Origin: an uncultured Bacteroidia bacterium
GTDB lineage: Bacteria > Bacteroidota > Bacteroidia > Bacteroidales > ML635J-15
Direction of reading: 5' to 3'
NCBI GenBank assembly: GCA_902776565.1
Contig: CACYQN010000008.1
Location: 89,526 to 153,525 of the forward strand
Length of the DNA: 64,000 bases
Part shown: one piece after another, positions 16,288 to 26,434 of the stretch
How positions within the stretch are numbered: the first letter of the stretch is position 1
Layout of the letters: each line of letters starts with the position of its first letter
Position numbers and translations under genes: made by a program
Notes under the pieces: generated by a model
What the model was told of the DNA's origin: nothing
Databases searched by the model: none
The model's input: only the letters and a program-made list of their open reading frames with translations

Positions 16288-19261
16288 CCAAATCGGTCTT
16301 GCGCAAGTCCATGAAACTTATTTCCTTGGCGGTGAGAATACCATCTTCGATGCCTTCGGGCAGAGGTTTGTTCTGCCAAGCGTAGTTTGCACCCGACAGC
16401 AATAATCCCGACTGGATGAGCGACTGGTCGCCCGACATTTTTTCGTCGGTGGGGAGGAAGAATCCGTGGGTTGCAATGTGCAATACTGAAATATCGCTAC
16501 CCGACAATGCTTTGAACGATTCCTCGTTTGCTTGAGAACCTTCGTAGAGGATTGTGGAAATCTTTTTTTTCTTCATCTTGGCGGCAATGTCCTCAACTTC
16601 GTTTTTTGTGCCTTGCAGATATAATAATGGCGACCGGCTTTCGCCCTTGTTGAGGTCGGAGAATGAATTTACTTCGGCACTGCGGGTTGTAAATCTTTCG
16701 CTTTCGAACTTCATAGTGGTCGTGTCGCTGTCGTAGAAAACGCCGCCGTATAGCACCGAGTTTTTCATCGGTTTTTGCTTGTAGTCCATTGCGAGGAATC
16801 GAGTTGACGAAACGCGGTAAATCTCGTACTTGTCCGAAATGGTCTTGCCGTTGCCGACAGGTGCGTACTCTACTGCAATTCGGTGCAACATTCCCGATGG
16901 AGCAAAGAAAATTCGCGGATTTTCAGGAAAATATTTTTCCAAAGGCTTCCAAATCAGGTCGTACATTTCGGGTGTGTCGTATATGTTGCGCAAATGCTTC
17001 TGCATTTCTGACTGCTCGAAAAGCGGTACGCAAACTGGTGCTTCCATGTCTTTTGTAAGAACAAGTGCGACATATTTTGTCGTATCTTCCTCGGTGAATC
17101 CTGAAAATTCTATTGCAACATCGTTAGCCTTCAACGAGTTCTGTACCTCTTTCCAGTCGATTTTTATGAAATGAGTAACATCTCCGAACTCCTTGCAACT
17201 TTCCATCATGTGACGTTCCGTCTTCTGTATTTCGTTTTCGAGCGAATCGCAGTTGTATATGCGTTCTGTAATAGGTTTTTCGAGTTCCTTGTTAAGTTGC
17301 AGGTGCAAGGTCTTCATGTTTTCGTATTCGGCTATCAAAGCAGTGTCGCCGCTTTCCATTATAGTGTTTGCTATGCTTATTTCCGATGCAAGCAGCAAAC
17401 CTTTGGTAATCAGTTCGGTGTCGTATGATGTTTTTGTGCCAAGCGTATCATCGGAAGCATGGTATAAGTATTTAATATTTAGACGCAAGTAACCGCCATT
17501 TTCGTTCCTATATGCTTCTCGCTCATGCGCCGTCATATATGAGAAATTTCTTATAAGGTTATTTTTATATATATCAGTTGCATGTTTTGTCGTCTTTATT
17601 GCATTATGGTAATCGCCCATTCCGTAATATGCAATCGCAGTATTAATAATATTGCCCAGCGATTTTGTATTATCAGAATTTAACTCACCATATGCTTCTT
17701 TTGTTATTTCTGCCGAGCGAATCAGGTATTTCAAAGCACTCTGATAGTCGCCCATGCTATTATATACAACACCAATATTGTTTAGCGATTCGGCGTAATA
17801 ATAATTTTTCCCTTCCCAAATTTTTTCCCTTATTTCCATCGCCTGCAAATGATATTTCAAAGCATTCTGATAGTCGTCCAAGCTGTAATATAAACTCCCT
17901 ATATTGTTTAATGATGCTGCATAGGCAGGATGGTCATCTCCATAGAACTTTTTTCTTAATTCCATTGATTTTAAATAATATTTCATTGCATTCTCGTAGT
18001 CTTCCATTCCTTTATATGCTGCGCCTACATTATTTAGAGATGCCGCACAATCGGGGTGGTCTTCGCCTAATATTTTCCTTTGTATTTCTACCGTCCGCAA
18101 AAAACATTTCAAGGCATTATCCCAGTCTCCCATATAGGAATATGTATTACCGATATTATTTATCAAACTGGCAACTCCTACATGTTCTTCGCCATAAATA
18201 TTTTTGAATATTTCCATTGCCTGATGTTGACATTTCAGCGCATTTTGGAAGTCGCCTATATCCGAATATATTATACCGATATTAGTTAAGGAGTATGCAT
18301 ATTTCGGGTGATTCTCTCCATAAATTTTTTTATATATTTCCATTGCTTGTGTGTAAAATGTCATAGCATTCTGTAAATCACCTAAATCAGAATATATGTT
18401 ACCTGCATTATTTAGCGAAGCGGCAAGGAGTTTTTCATCGGAAAATCTTTTGTTTAATTCGATTGCCAGCAATTGATATTTCAAGGCATTATCCCAGTCG
18501 CCCATTTTTATATATGAGATAACAATGTTGTTAAATGATGCTGCGTATTTAGAGTGCTCGTTTCCATATATTTTTTTTGTTAACTCCATTGATTTGAAGA
18601 AATATTCCAAAGCTATTTTGTATTCTCCTAAACCATTATATGCAAGACCTACACCGCTTAGCACTTCTGCATAATTTGGATGATCTTCTCCGAAAACTTC
18701 CTTAAAAACCTCCATTGCTTTTTGTCCGTATATCAAAGCGTTCTTATAGTCGCCCATATTTTCATAAACGGAAGCAATGCCATATAGCGAGATTGCATAA
18801 TCTGGATGTCCTTCTCCGAGGACTTTTTTTCTTATTTCCAATGCTTGCGAATAGTATCTCAAGGCGTTTTGCTGGTCATCAATATAAGAATATGTGCCAC
18901 CTATGCCATTTAGCGTTTTTGCATATTTAGGGTGTTCTGCTCCCAAAATTACTTTTTGAATTTCTGCCGTCTGAATGAAATACTCAAGGGCGTTCTCGTA
19001 ATTTCCAATGCTAGAATATACCCAAGCAATATTGTACAATGAGGTAGCGTAATGGATATTGTTTCCTTTTTCAACATCTTTGGTCATTTCAGCCGCTTGG
19101 TTGTACAGTTCAAAAGCTTCATTGTATTTTTGGGCATCATAAAAGGTGTCACCAAGGGTATTCAGTGAATCCGCCTTATGGAATATGGCGGTTGTGTCGG
19201 CTTGGGAGAAAGCGGTGGCGCACAGGAGTGCGAGGATGGTTAGGGAAAATATATTCTTCAT
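16175..19261 (-). CDS. Exported TPR-repeat + CHAT (caspase-like) domain protein, C-terminally truncated by frameshift (CHAT-1)
   Basis: Signal peptide MKNIFSLTILALLCATAFSQ. There are about 12 kinesin-light-chain-type TPRs (Y..A.....G.Y..AL.Y). The CHAT His/Cys motifs HIATHGFF and VVLSACQT are present. Confidence 0.85.
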   Translation of the reverse strand: MKNIFSLTILALLCATAFSQADTTAIFHKADSLNTLGDTFYDAQKYNEAFELYNQAAEMTKDVEKGNNIHYATSLYNIAWVYSSIGNYENALEYFIQTAEIQKVILGAEHPKYAKTLNGIGGTYSYIDDQQNALRYYSQALEIRKKVLGEGHPDYAISLYGIASVYENMGDYKNALIYGQKAMEVFKEVFGEDHPNYAEVLSGVGLAYNGLGEYKIALEYFFKSMELTKKIYGNEHSKYAASFNNIVISYIKMGDWDNALKYQLLAIELNKRFSDEKLLAASLNNAGNIYSDLGDLQNAMTFYTQAMEIYKKIYGENHPKYAYSLTNIGIIYSDIGDFQNALKCQHQAMEIFKNIYGEEHVGVASLINNIGNTYSYMGDWDNALKCFLRTVEIQRKILGEDHPDCAASLNNVGAAYKGMEDYENAMKYYLKSMELRKKFYGDDHPAYAASLNNIGSLYYSLDDYQNALKYHLQAMEIREKIWEGKNYYYAESLNNIGVVYNSMGDYQSALKYLIRSAEITKEAYGELNSDNTKSLGNIINTAIAYYGMGDYHNAIKTTKHATDIYKNNLIRNFSYMTAHEREAYRNENGGYLRLNIKYLYHASDDTLGTKTSYDTELITKGLLLASEISIANTIMESGDTALIAEYENMKTLHLQLNKELEKPITERIYNCDSLENEIQKTERHMMESCKEFGDVTHFIKIDWKEVQNSLKANDVAIEFSGFTEEDTTKYVALVLTKDMEAPVCVPLFEQSEMQKHLRNIYDTPEMYDLIWKPLEKYFPENPRIFFAPSGMLHRIAVEYAPVGNGKTISDKYEIYRVSSTRFLAMDYKQKPMKNSVLYGGVFYDSDTTTMKFESERFTTRSAEVNSFSDLNKGESRSPLLYLQGTKNEVEDIAAKMKKKKISTILYEGSQANEESFKALSGSDISVLHIATHGFFLPTDEKMSGDQSLIQSGLLLSGANYAWQNKPLPEGIEDGILTAKEISFMDLRKTDLVVLSACQTALGEITGEGVFGLQRGRVLLESYKRHDQA

Positions 19262-19489
19262 AGCGTTTAAGTTTCTAGGTTTAACTTCGTTGAGGGCTTC
19301 GCCGTTCTATGCCTTCGGCGTTTCTGGTTTTGAAAGTTTCTGTGTTTCACGTTTTTGGTTTCTATTGTTGGGTCGCAAAATTTTGCGACCTTACTTTAAT
19401 GTTTGATGTTGTTTCTAGTGTCATTCGTAAATCCCTTTGCATCTTGTTGTCCAATCTAAAATCGTCAATCGTACTTCGTAAATCTAAAA

Positions 19490-22400
19490 TTACCTTTCGT
19501 TTCCGTCCAGCATTATAAACGCCGCCCAGAACCTTGGATTCTCGAAGCCAGCGGTAGTTTTCAAGGTGCGTTGTGCCTTCAGGAAGGCTTCACGCTTGGT
19601 CATGCCTTTTATAAGATTCGAGTAAAACTCGAGGCTCATGATAATGGTATGTACGCCAGCCTTCTTGAATCCGCGCTGCAAACCGAAAACCCCTTCGTCG
19701 GTAATTTCGCCAAGACCAGTCTGGCAGGCCGAAAGCACGACCATGTCGGTGCTGCGCAAGTCCATTCCGCTGATTTCCTTGGCAGTGAGAATGCCGTCCT
19801 CGATGCCTTCGGGGATACTGCGGTTTTGCCAGATATTGTTGGCACCTGCAAGCATAAGTCCCGACAAGTTGAGCGACTGGCTCGAATTCAGCTTTTCGTC
19901 GGTAGGCAGGAAGAAACCATGTGTGGCAATATGCAAGAGCGAAACTTTCTTGCCCGACAAGTCCTTGAACGATTCCTCGTTGGCCTGTTCGCCTTCGCGA
20001 AGGTCGGTATTCCACTTGCCCGACTTCATCATCGATGCAATGGCTTCAACTTCTGACTTCGTTCCCGGCAGGTAGTTGAGCGACGAACGGTCTTCGTCCT
20101 TGTTGATTTCGGCAAACGAGTTGTACGAGACAGCTCGCGTTCCAAAACGTTCGTTCTCACGCTTCATGGCGGCGGTGTCGGAATCGTACTTTATGCCTCC
20201 GTATAGCACAGCATCCTCGAATGGTCGCGGTGAATAGTCGGTTGCAAGGAATCGGGTGGAGGATATGCGGTACATTTCGTACTTGTCGGAAATGCTTGTC
20301 TTTGCATCGACTGGCGCGTATTCGATTGCCACCTGATGCAGAATCCCTGCCGGAGCAAAATATATGCGGGCATTCTTGCCGAAATATTTTTCCATCGGTT
20401 TCCAGATGGCTGTGTAGAGGTCGGTGGAAGTGTATAAGCCCATACGCTTGTCGCGCAAGACGGTTGCACCTCTGCCGTCGTCTTGCTTGTCGGGAAGCGA
20501 GCCTGTACGCATCAGCTTTTGCAGGTCGCTGGCGGTGCATAATGTCACGAGCACTGGCGATTTCATTTCCTTTGTGAGCACAAGTGCGGCATATTGGGTT
20601 TTGGTGGAGTCAACCTCGAACTTTGTAAATTCAATTGCAACGTCGCCGCTTTTCATTGCCGACTGCACATCTTTCCAAGTGAGTTCAACCGAACCTGCAA
20701 TGTTGCCGTATTTTGCAGTTCTTGCAACCAAATCGCGTTCGGCATTGTTTATTTTTTCCTTCAGTTCGCGGGTGTCGATATATCTTTCCTCTACGGGCAT
20801 TTCGTAAGCCTTGTTGAGCGTCTCGTTAAGCGAAACCAGTCTCATGTAGTCGGAGATGAGGGAAGAGTCGCCGCTTTCGTAGATTGTGCGTGTGAATTCA
20901 ATGTCGGAAGTGAGCAGAAGTCCTTTGGTGATGAGTTCGGCATCGTAGGCACCGCCCGAAATCAAGTCGTTGTTGGGCAATTTGCTTCCGCAACGAAGGA
21001 TGCGCTGGCACATCGAGCCGTTGTTTTCCCAGTACATTTCGCGTTCGGCTGCGGTGAGGAACGAAAAATCGGAAACAAGATGCTTGCGGTTAATCGTGAG
21101 TGCCGAAATGTAGCATTCGGCGGCTTTCTGGTAGTCGCCCGAGGCGAAATACACGTCGCCCTTGTTGTTGGTCATGTCGGCGTAGCGGGCATGGTCGGTG
21201 CCATAGACTTCGGCTGCAATTTTCAGTGCATTATCGAAGTACGAAAGTGCTTTCGTATGTTCGCCCTGCGCATTGTAGGCAAGGGCAATGTTGGCGATGG
21301 TATTTGCGTAGTCGCCAGTGTTTTCCATCTTGCTGGCGGAAATTATCGAGCGGCATTTCTCGTACGAAGTCAGTGCCTCATCGTATTTGCCCGTGTCATA
21401 ATATACATTGCCGATATTGTTGTAGCTGGCGGCGCAGTTTATGTCGTTGTCGCCAAAATTCCGCTTGTAAATTGCAAGCGATTCGTTGTAGAAGTCGAGG
21501 GCAACCTTGTCGTTTTTCGTCTTGCGGTTCAGATTGCCGAGGTTGTTGAGCGTATTGGCAACCGACGGCGAAGTTTCGTCGAGGCTGGTTCTTGCACATT
21601 CTTGTGCAATATTGAAACAGATAGACGACTTTTCGTAGTTTCCGAGGTGCAGGTAAGCATTTCCGAGAAGGTTGTAGATGTCAACATATAGTTCAGCATC
21701 AATCAGTCCGCAGAAAACCTTGTCCATTTTTGGCTCGAGGCATCCTATTGCCGAAGCGTAGTCGTCCGTAAGGCAGTAGGTCGATGCAATTGAGTGTATC
21801 AGGAGGTAATAGATGTCGCTGTTGTCGGTTTCGTCGAAAAGCGCGAGCATGCCATTGTAGTATTTGAAAGCCTTGTCGAAGTTGTGCGAGTTGGCATACA
21901 GGTCGGCGGCATTTATAAGATTCGAAAATTCGGGATATGAAAATTGGTAGTACCTGTCGAGAGCCATGTAATATTCGAAAAGTTCGTCGTATGTTTTCGT
22001 TAGGGATGCCATGTCTTGTTTCTCCTTGAATATTGTAATCCGATAGTCGAGGTATGGAAGATATATGCTAACGGATTTTTCGTCTTTTCTATCGCCGAGA
22101 CGAATAAAATTGTCGAGTTCATCAAGATATTTGGCGGCGGAATCGTAGTTGGCGAAAACGATTTCGATGAATGCGGTGTGTAAAAGCGATACAGAATAAA
22201 TCACGCTGTCGTTTTCGCTTGTATATCCATTGGTCGTGAAGTATTTTTTCAAATCGTTGAAAGCTTTTATGCCCGAATTGCGGTCGTTTTCGTCATTACT
22301 GCCGGACATCTCAATGTACGACGAAACGTTGTACAGCGACTGATACAGCGAGTCGAGTTCGCTCATCGGCACCATTCCGTAAATATCTAGGTCGTCAATG

Positions 22401-24841
22401 CCCTCTATGGTGTCGGGACCGTCCCACAATGTCATTTCTTCATCTTCGTCGGGCATGAAGTTTTTCGACATCTTTTCGTATTTCTTGCGGTACTTTTTTG
22501 CATTTTTTGTGTCGCCAGCGAATTCGTATGTCTTGTAAAGATTTTTCAAAGTTTGGCAGTACCTATATGATGTCTTGGTATTCTTGTCTTTTTCCATCTC
22601 CGACAAGGACTTTTGGTAGCAGTTGGCTGCATTCAGAAAATTAGCCATATAGTTATATATTTCAGCCTTCGTCTCATAGATGGAAACTTTGTATTCGCTG
22701 ATTTCGTAGTCTTCGAGAATGCCACCCGACTTGTCAAGAAGTGCCAGATATTCGTCACATATTTCCAACATCAATTTGCTGTCATTCAAATTGGTATATT
22801 GGTTCATCAGTTCGTTTAGTAAACTTTTGCATCTCTTTATGGTGAAGCTATTTACAGGCAAATTGTTGTAAATGTTGTATGCAAGTTTGCAATATTTTAT
22901 TGTTTCGTCACTTTCGTTCAGATTGCTCTTGTTTTCAGCTATTTCGTAAAGAGTGTTGGCATAGTTGCGGGTGTTTGTGAGCGACAACTTTTCAAAGATA
23001 GCCTTTGCCTCGTCCAAGTATTCCAAAGCCTTGTTTGCACCTGTGGTTTCGCCGTAGAAACGTCCAACGTTGTAGAGTGAATAAGCGTAGTAAAGGCTGT
23101 CGGTGGCTGTTGCTTTGCCGGTTGCAATGTATTCGCGGAAAGCGACCATTGGTGTGCGTGCCTTGTTTAGGCGTTGGCTGGGGTTGCTTTCTTGCGACTT
23201 GTACAGGGCGCAGACGACATCGTAGCGTAGCGAGTCGCTGTGTGAGCCTGTCGGGCGGAAAGTGCCGTCGTAAAGTGGTTGCACTTCCTCGTCGTCAACG
23301 GCAATGTCCATATAATCAAAAACCGTCATGTATGAAGTTGGGATTTCCGCTCCGTCGAAATCATTTACCTCATTTTCAATTATATAGTTGTACTCCTTGC
23401 GGTATTTTTCGGCTTCCTTGTGGTTGCCAGCCTTTTCGTAGGCATCGGCCAACTTCAGTATCACATTTGCATTTCCTCCGTTTGTGCTGTCGTCGCTGCT
23501 GTAGGCTTGCTGGTAGTACTCGATGGCCTTGTCGGTGTTGCCTTTTTGCATGTAGCAGTTGCCGATGTTAGTGAGTGCATAGATGTACTGGTCAATGTCG
23601 TTGTCACGGCTGAATTCTGCCATTTTTTCGTAGTACAGGATTGCGTTGTCGTAGTCGTGAAGGGCATCGCTGCTATAATGGTCGCCGAGGGCTGTCAGAA
23701 TGTTAATGATGCTTTGGTAGCGATAGTCGTTGCTTGGCAGTTTGGTGAAGATGTCGAGGGCAGATTCGGCATACTTCATTGCAGTTTGCTGGTCGTTGTA
23801 TAGGTTGTTGTACGTGATTGCAAGTTCGTAAAGAATATCGGCGTGGTTTTCTGTGGTTGCATTTTGAGGTGACGAGCAGGCGGCATCGGCAAGCTTGAAA
23901 TAGTGTAGTGCGCGGGCTTTCATAAGGTTACGACCTTCGTCACCATCTTCGTACAATAGTTGCTGTTTACTAAAGTCGCCCATATTGTAGAGCGCATTGG
24001 CATACAGAAGGCTGTCGGCGGAATTTTTCATACCGCCTTTCTCGAACATCGTTTGAAGCGTATCGAACAGGGCAAATACATTGTCTCCGTAGCCGAAATC
24101 GCCATCAACGACTATGTTGTAGAGCGAATCGCGGCGAGTTGCGGGCTTTTCAATCAAAGTACGGACGTCTGGCCGGTAGGTTTCTGGAATTTCGTATTCC
24201 TTTTCCCATCCGATGAGGTCTTTTTTTTGCAGAAGATTTTCGTATGTTCCAGGTTCGTCGCCTTTCTTGGCATACATTATAGCCTCATCAATAGCTTTTT
24301 CTGCATTGTCGTACTCTTTTAGCGATACATAAGCATCAGAAACCATTTCCATGGCGGATGCAAGCTCGTTATATTGCACCTTGAGGTATTTCTTTGTTAA
24401 ATCGGCGTTCAGCAGGGCATATTGCAGATGTTTTTTGTCGTAACTGTAGTAGGCATTCAGCACATCAAGCATCTCGAAGCATCGCCAGACGTCGTTGTTG
24501 TCGAGTTTGTCAAATTTTGCAAACACGTTCATCGCCGAATCGTAGTACGGGATGTTTTTATAGATGTTTTCGTTTAAATAAATGTAATAGCCAACGTGGA
24601 ACATCATTCGTGCATAGTCGAGGTCGCTGATTTTCTCACGCAAGTGTGGGTTGGCAAGGAACTCGCTGTATGCGGTCTTGTACATTTCGTTGGCTTCGCC
24701 GAGGCATTCGGCATATATGTCGGCATTGCTCGAAAGACATTTCGAGGCAAGCGAGTTGGCCTTTTGCAAGGTATTTTCAATCTGCGAAAACGATTGCAGG
24801 CATATTGTAATGGATGCAAGCAGGAGGATAATCTTTCTCAT
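19490..24841 (-). CDS. Exported giant TPR-repeat + CHAT domain protein (CHAT-2)
   Basis: The ORF is 1787 aa in the track. The start is taken at MRKIILLLASITICLQSFSQ (ATG 24841), downstream of a -7 box. It has many TPRs, and its C-terminal CHAT domain is about 80% identical to CHAT-1 (HIATHGFF, VVLSACQT). Confidence 0.88.
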   Translation of the reverse strand: MRKIILLLASITICLQSFSQIENTLQKANSLASKCLSSNADIYAECLGEANEMYKTAYSEFLANPHLREKISDLDYARMMFHVGYYIYLNENIYKNIPYYDSAMNVFAKFDKLDNNDVWRCFEMLDVLNAYYSYDKKHLQYALLNADLTKKYLKVQYNELASAMEMVSDAYVSLKEYDNAEKAIDEAIMYAKKGDEPGTYENLLQKKDLIGWEKEYEIPETYRPDVRTLIEKPATRRDSLYNIVVDGDFGYGDNVFALFDTLQTMFEKGGMKNSADSLLYANALYNMGDFSKQQLLYEDGDEGRNLMKARALHYFKLADAACSSPQNATTENHADILYELAITYNNLYNDQQTAMKYAESALDIFTKLPSNDYRYQSIINILTALGDHYSSDALHDYDNAILYYEKMAEFSRDNDIDQYIYALTNIGNCYMQKGNTDKAIEYYQQAYSSDDSTNGGNANVILKLADAYEKAGNHKEAEKYRKEYNYIIENEVNDFDGAEIPTSYMTVFDYMDIAVDDEEVQPLYDGTFRPTGSHSDSLRYDVVCALYKSQESNPSQRLNKARTPMVAFREYIATGKATATDSLYYAYSLYNVGRFYGETTGANKALEYLDEAKAIFEKLSLTNTRNYANTLYEIAENKSNLNESDETIKYCKLAYNIYNNLPVNSFTIKRCKSLLNELMNQYTNLNDSKLMLEICDEYLALLDKSGGILEDYEISEYKVSIYETKAEIYNYMANFLNAANCYQKSLSEMEKDKNTKTSYRYCQTLKNLYKTYEFAGDTKNAKKYRKKYEKMSKNFMPDEDEEMTLWDGPDTIEGIDDLDIYGMVPMSELDSLYQSLYNVSSYIEMSGSNDENDRNSGIKAFNDLKKYFTTNGYTSENDSVIYSVSLLHTAFIEIVFANYDSAAKYLDELDNFIRLGDRKDEKSVSIYLPYLDYRITIFKEKQDMASLTKTYDELFEYYMALDRYYQFSYPEFSNLINAADLYANSHNFDKAFKYYNGMLALFDETDNSDIYYLLIHSIASTYCLTDDYASAIGCLEPKMDKVFCGLIDAELYVDIYNLLGNAYLHLGNYEKSSICFNIAQECARTSLDETSPSVANTLNNLGNLNRKTKNDKVALDFYNESLAIYKRNFGDNDINCAASYNNIGNVYYDTGKYDEALTSYEKCRSIISASKMENTGDYANTIANIALAYNAQGEHTKALSYFDNALKIAAEVYGTDHARYADMTNNKGDVYFASGDYQKAAECYISALTINRKHLVSDFSFLTAAEREMYWENNGSMCQRILRCGSKLPNNDLISGGAYDAELITKGLLLTSDIEFTRTIYESGDSSLISDYMRLVSLNETLNKAYEMPVEERYIDTRELKEKINNAERDLVARTAKYGNIAGSVELTWKDVQSAMKSGDVAIEFTKFEVDSTKTQYAALVLTKEMKSPVLVTLCTASDLQKLMRTGSLPDKQDDGRGATVLRDKRMGLYTSTDLYTAIWKPMEKYFGKNARIYFAPAGILHQVAIEYAPVDAKTSISDKYEMYRISSTRFLATDYSPRPFEDAVLYGGIKYDSDTAAMKRENERFGTRAVSYNSFAEINKDEDRSSLNYLPGTKSEVEAIASMMKSGKWNTDLREGEQANEESFKDLSGKKVSLLHIATHGFFLPTDEKLNSSQSLNLSGLMLAGANNIWQNRSIPEGIEDGILTAKEISGMDLRSTDMVVLSACQTGLGEITDEGVFGLQRGFKKAGVHTIIMSLEFYSNLIKGMTKREAFLKAQRTLKTTAGFENPRFWAAFIMLDGNER

Positions 24842-24864
24842 ATAAAAACACAAAAATTTTTAGG

Positions 24865-24872
24865 CAAAGATA
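24865..24872 (-). promoter_or_regulatory. -7 box TATCTTTG for CHAT-2
   Basis: The plus strand reads caaagata, 24 nt upstream of ATG 24841. Confidence 0.5.
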
Positions 24873-24955
24873 TGCAAATTTATGAATTATAAAACTTTAG
24901 AAGAAAAATATTTGGTTAGTTTTTGATTTGCCGATAATAAATTGGCAGATGCATA

Positions 24956-24985
24956 ACAAAAAAGGTATGCTATGAGGCATACCTT
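24956..24985 (-). terminator. Rho-independent terminator after the 25013 gene
   Basis: The minus strand reads aaggtatgc-ctcata-gcatacctt followed by a T run. Confidence 0.7.
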
Positions 24986-25012
24986 ATAATATAAATAATA
25001 GTTTGTTTTCTT

Positions 25013-25705
25013 TTAGTGTGCAACAACAACCTTTACGGTCTTTTCTGCCTTTCCGTCCTTGTAGAGGCGGCAAACATAATATCCGTTCTTCCAATCGCTA
25101 CAGTTAACCGATATGCTATTGGTGTTGTCTGACGGAATGCGTCTTACAATTTGTCCCAGAACGTTGTAGATTTCAACATAGCTGTTCTTGCCAAAACCGT
25201 TCTCGATGGTGAATGATTCGTCAGCTGGACTTGGGTAAACGTTGAAAGTATTTGCTGAAATGTTTGAAATGCCAGTTGTTACAGCGTGAATATTGAAGTT
25301 TGCTTCTGGTGAACCGCCTGTAGGATAAACTGTTATTTTGAAATCGTTGGCAGCAAGAGTCGTGATAGTAAGGTGAATTGTCTGTTCTCCGTTTGCTTCG
25401 AGACTAAACTTAGGACTTGCTGCACCTACACCACATTGACCTCCAGGCTCAGTACACAATTGGAATTGTGCGTCTGTGCCGTTTACTGCGTTTTCGTCGT
25501 TTACTCTAAGGTATGCTTTTAGGTTTTCTATTGTAGAAGAACCTGTATTTTTTACTTTAAAGTAGTAGCTTGTTTCAACTCCAGCCTGTATGTTTATCGT
25601 TGTTCCTGTTATTTCAGCGCCTTGTTCACTTAATATCGATAATTGTGCGAACATCTGTGATGCACAAGCAATTAAGGCGACGATGAGTACAAATACACGT
25701 TTCAT
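25013..25705 (-). CDS. Small secreted protein with T9SS type-A C-terminal sorting domain
   Basis: Signal peptide MKRVFVLIVALIACASQMFAQ starts at the internal ATG. The C-terminus (FNVYPSPADESFTIE...VEIYNVLGQIV...GYYVCRL..DGK...KVVV) is a typical Por/T9SS CTD. Confidence 0.8.
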   Translation of the reverse strand: MKRVFVLIVALIACASQMFAQLSILSEQGAEITGTTINIQAGVETSYYFKVKNTGSSTIENLKAYLRVNDENAVNGTDAQFQLCTEPGGQCGVGAASPKFSLEANGEQTIHLTITTLAANDFKITVYPTGGSPEANFNIHAVTTGISNISANTFNVYPSPADESFTIENGFGKNSYVEIYNVLGQIVRRIPSDNTNSISVNCSDWKNGYYVCRLYKDGKAEKTVKVVVAH

Positions 25706-25804
25706 TTGTCTAAAATTTTTTGCAAAAATAAAAAAATATTCTCGTCTGAACAAAGTTTTTTTTGAAAAAAATAGCATGGTGTGGAATAGTTTTTGAAAAA
25801 GTAT

Positions 25805-25812
25805 TATTTTTG
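25805..25812 (+). promoter_or_regulatory. -7 box TATTTTTG for the 25834 operon
   Basis: Exact TAnnTTTG match 22 nt upstream of the ATG. Confidence 0.45.
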
Positions 25813-25833
25813 TTTTCGTAAAATTTTACAGAT

Positions 25834-26367
25834 ATGAAGAAAATTGTTTTTGCAATGTTGCTTGCGTTTGTAGTGTCGGCAGTGGCATACTCGCAGGAAG
25901 TTCCACAGGTACAACTGAAAAACCTGAAGGGAAAGGTTGTCAATTCACAGGAGATAATCGAAAATGACGGCAAGCCGGTAATGGTATGCTTCTTTGCTAC
26001 TTGGTGCAAACCCTGTATCAAGGAGTTGACTGCTTTCAGCGAGGCCTACGAGGACTGGGCTGACGAAACCGGTGTAAAGATAATTGCTGTGTCGATTGAC
26101 GATGCCCGCAGTACCAATTCGGTCGGTCCGTTTGTAAATGCCCGTGGCTGGGATTTCGATGTTTACCTTGATGCCAACGGCGACTTCAAGCGTGCGATGA
26201 ACGTGAACAATGTTCCCCATTCGTTCCTGCTCGACGGCAAGGGCAATGTGGCTTGGCAGCACACTTCGTACCTCGAGGGCGACGAAGCCGAAACTTTCGA
26301 GATGATAAAGAAAGTTGCAGCTGGCGAATCGCTGAAGGACGAGAAGAAAGAAAAGGAAGAGGAATAG
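25834..26367 (+). CDS. TlpA-like periplasmic thiol:disulfide oxidoreductase (thioredoxin fold)
   Basis: Signal peptide present. Active site FFATWCKPCIKEL. It has a Lys/Glu-rich tail. Confidence 0.85.
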   Translation: MKKIVFAMLLAFVVSAVAYSQEVPQVQLKNLKGKVVNSQEIIENDGKPVMVCFFATWCKPCIKELTAFSEAYEDWADETGVKIIAVSIDDARSTNSVGPFVNARGWDFDVYLDANGDFKRAMNVNNVPHSFLLDGKGNVAWQHTSYLEGDEAETFEMIKKVAAGESLKDEKKEKEEE

Positions 26368-26434
26368 TATTCCTACTTCCATTTTCCCCTAAAAAGGAAT
26401 CATTTTGCAACTAATAATGCGAACATTATAGTAT

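Noticed and set aside
19626-19636. CTCGAG (XhoI site) exactly at the CHAT-2 junction where canonical CHAT sequence seems missing, as a possible engineering scar
   Set aside because: A single 6-mer is expected by chance many times in 64 kb. No other vector-like or synthetic features are present.
20594-21691. 365-aa plus-strand ORF antisense to CHAT-2. Similar cases are 26768-28048 (426 aa) antisense to the beta-barrel gene, 6260-7048 antisense to ftsK and 40407-41366 antisense to pnp
   Set aside because: These are shadow ORFs of well-supported genes on the opposite strand. Their composition is odd (V/F/C/R-rich) and they have no promoter box or signal features.
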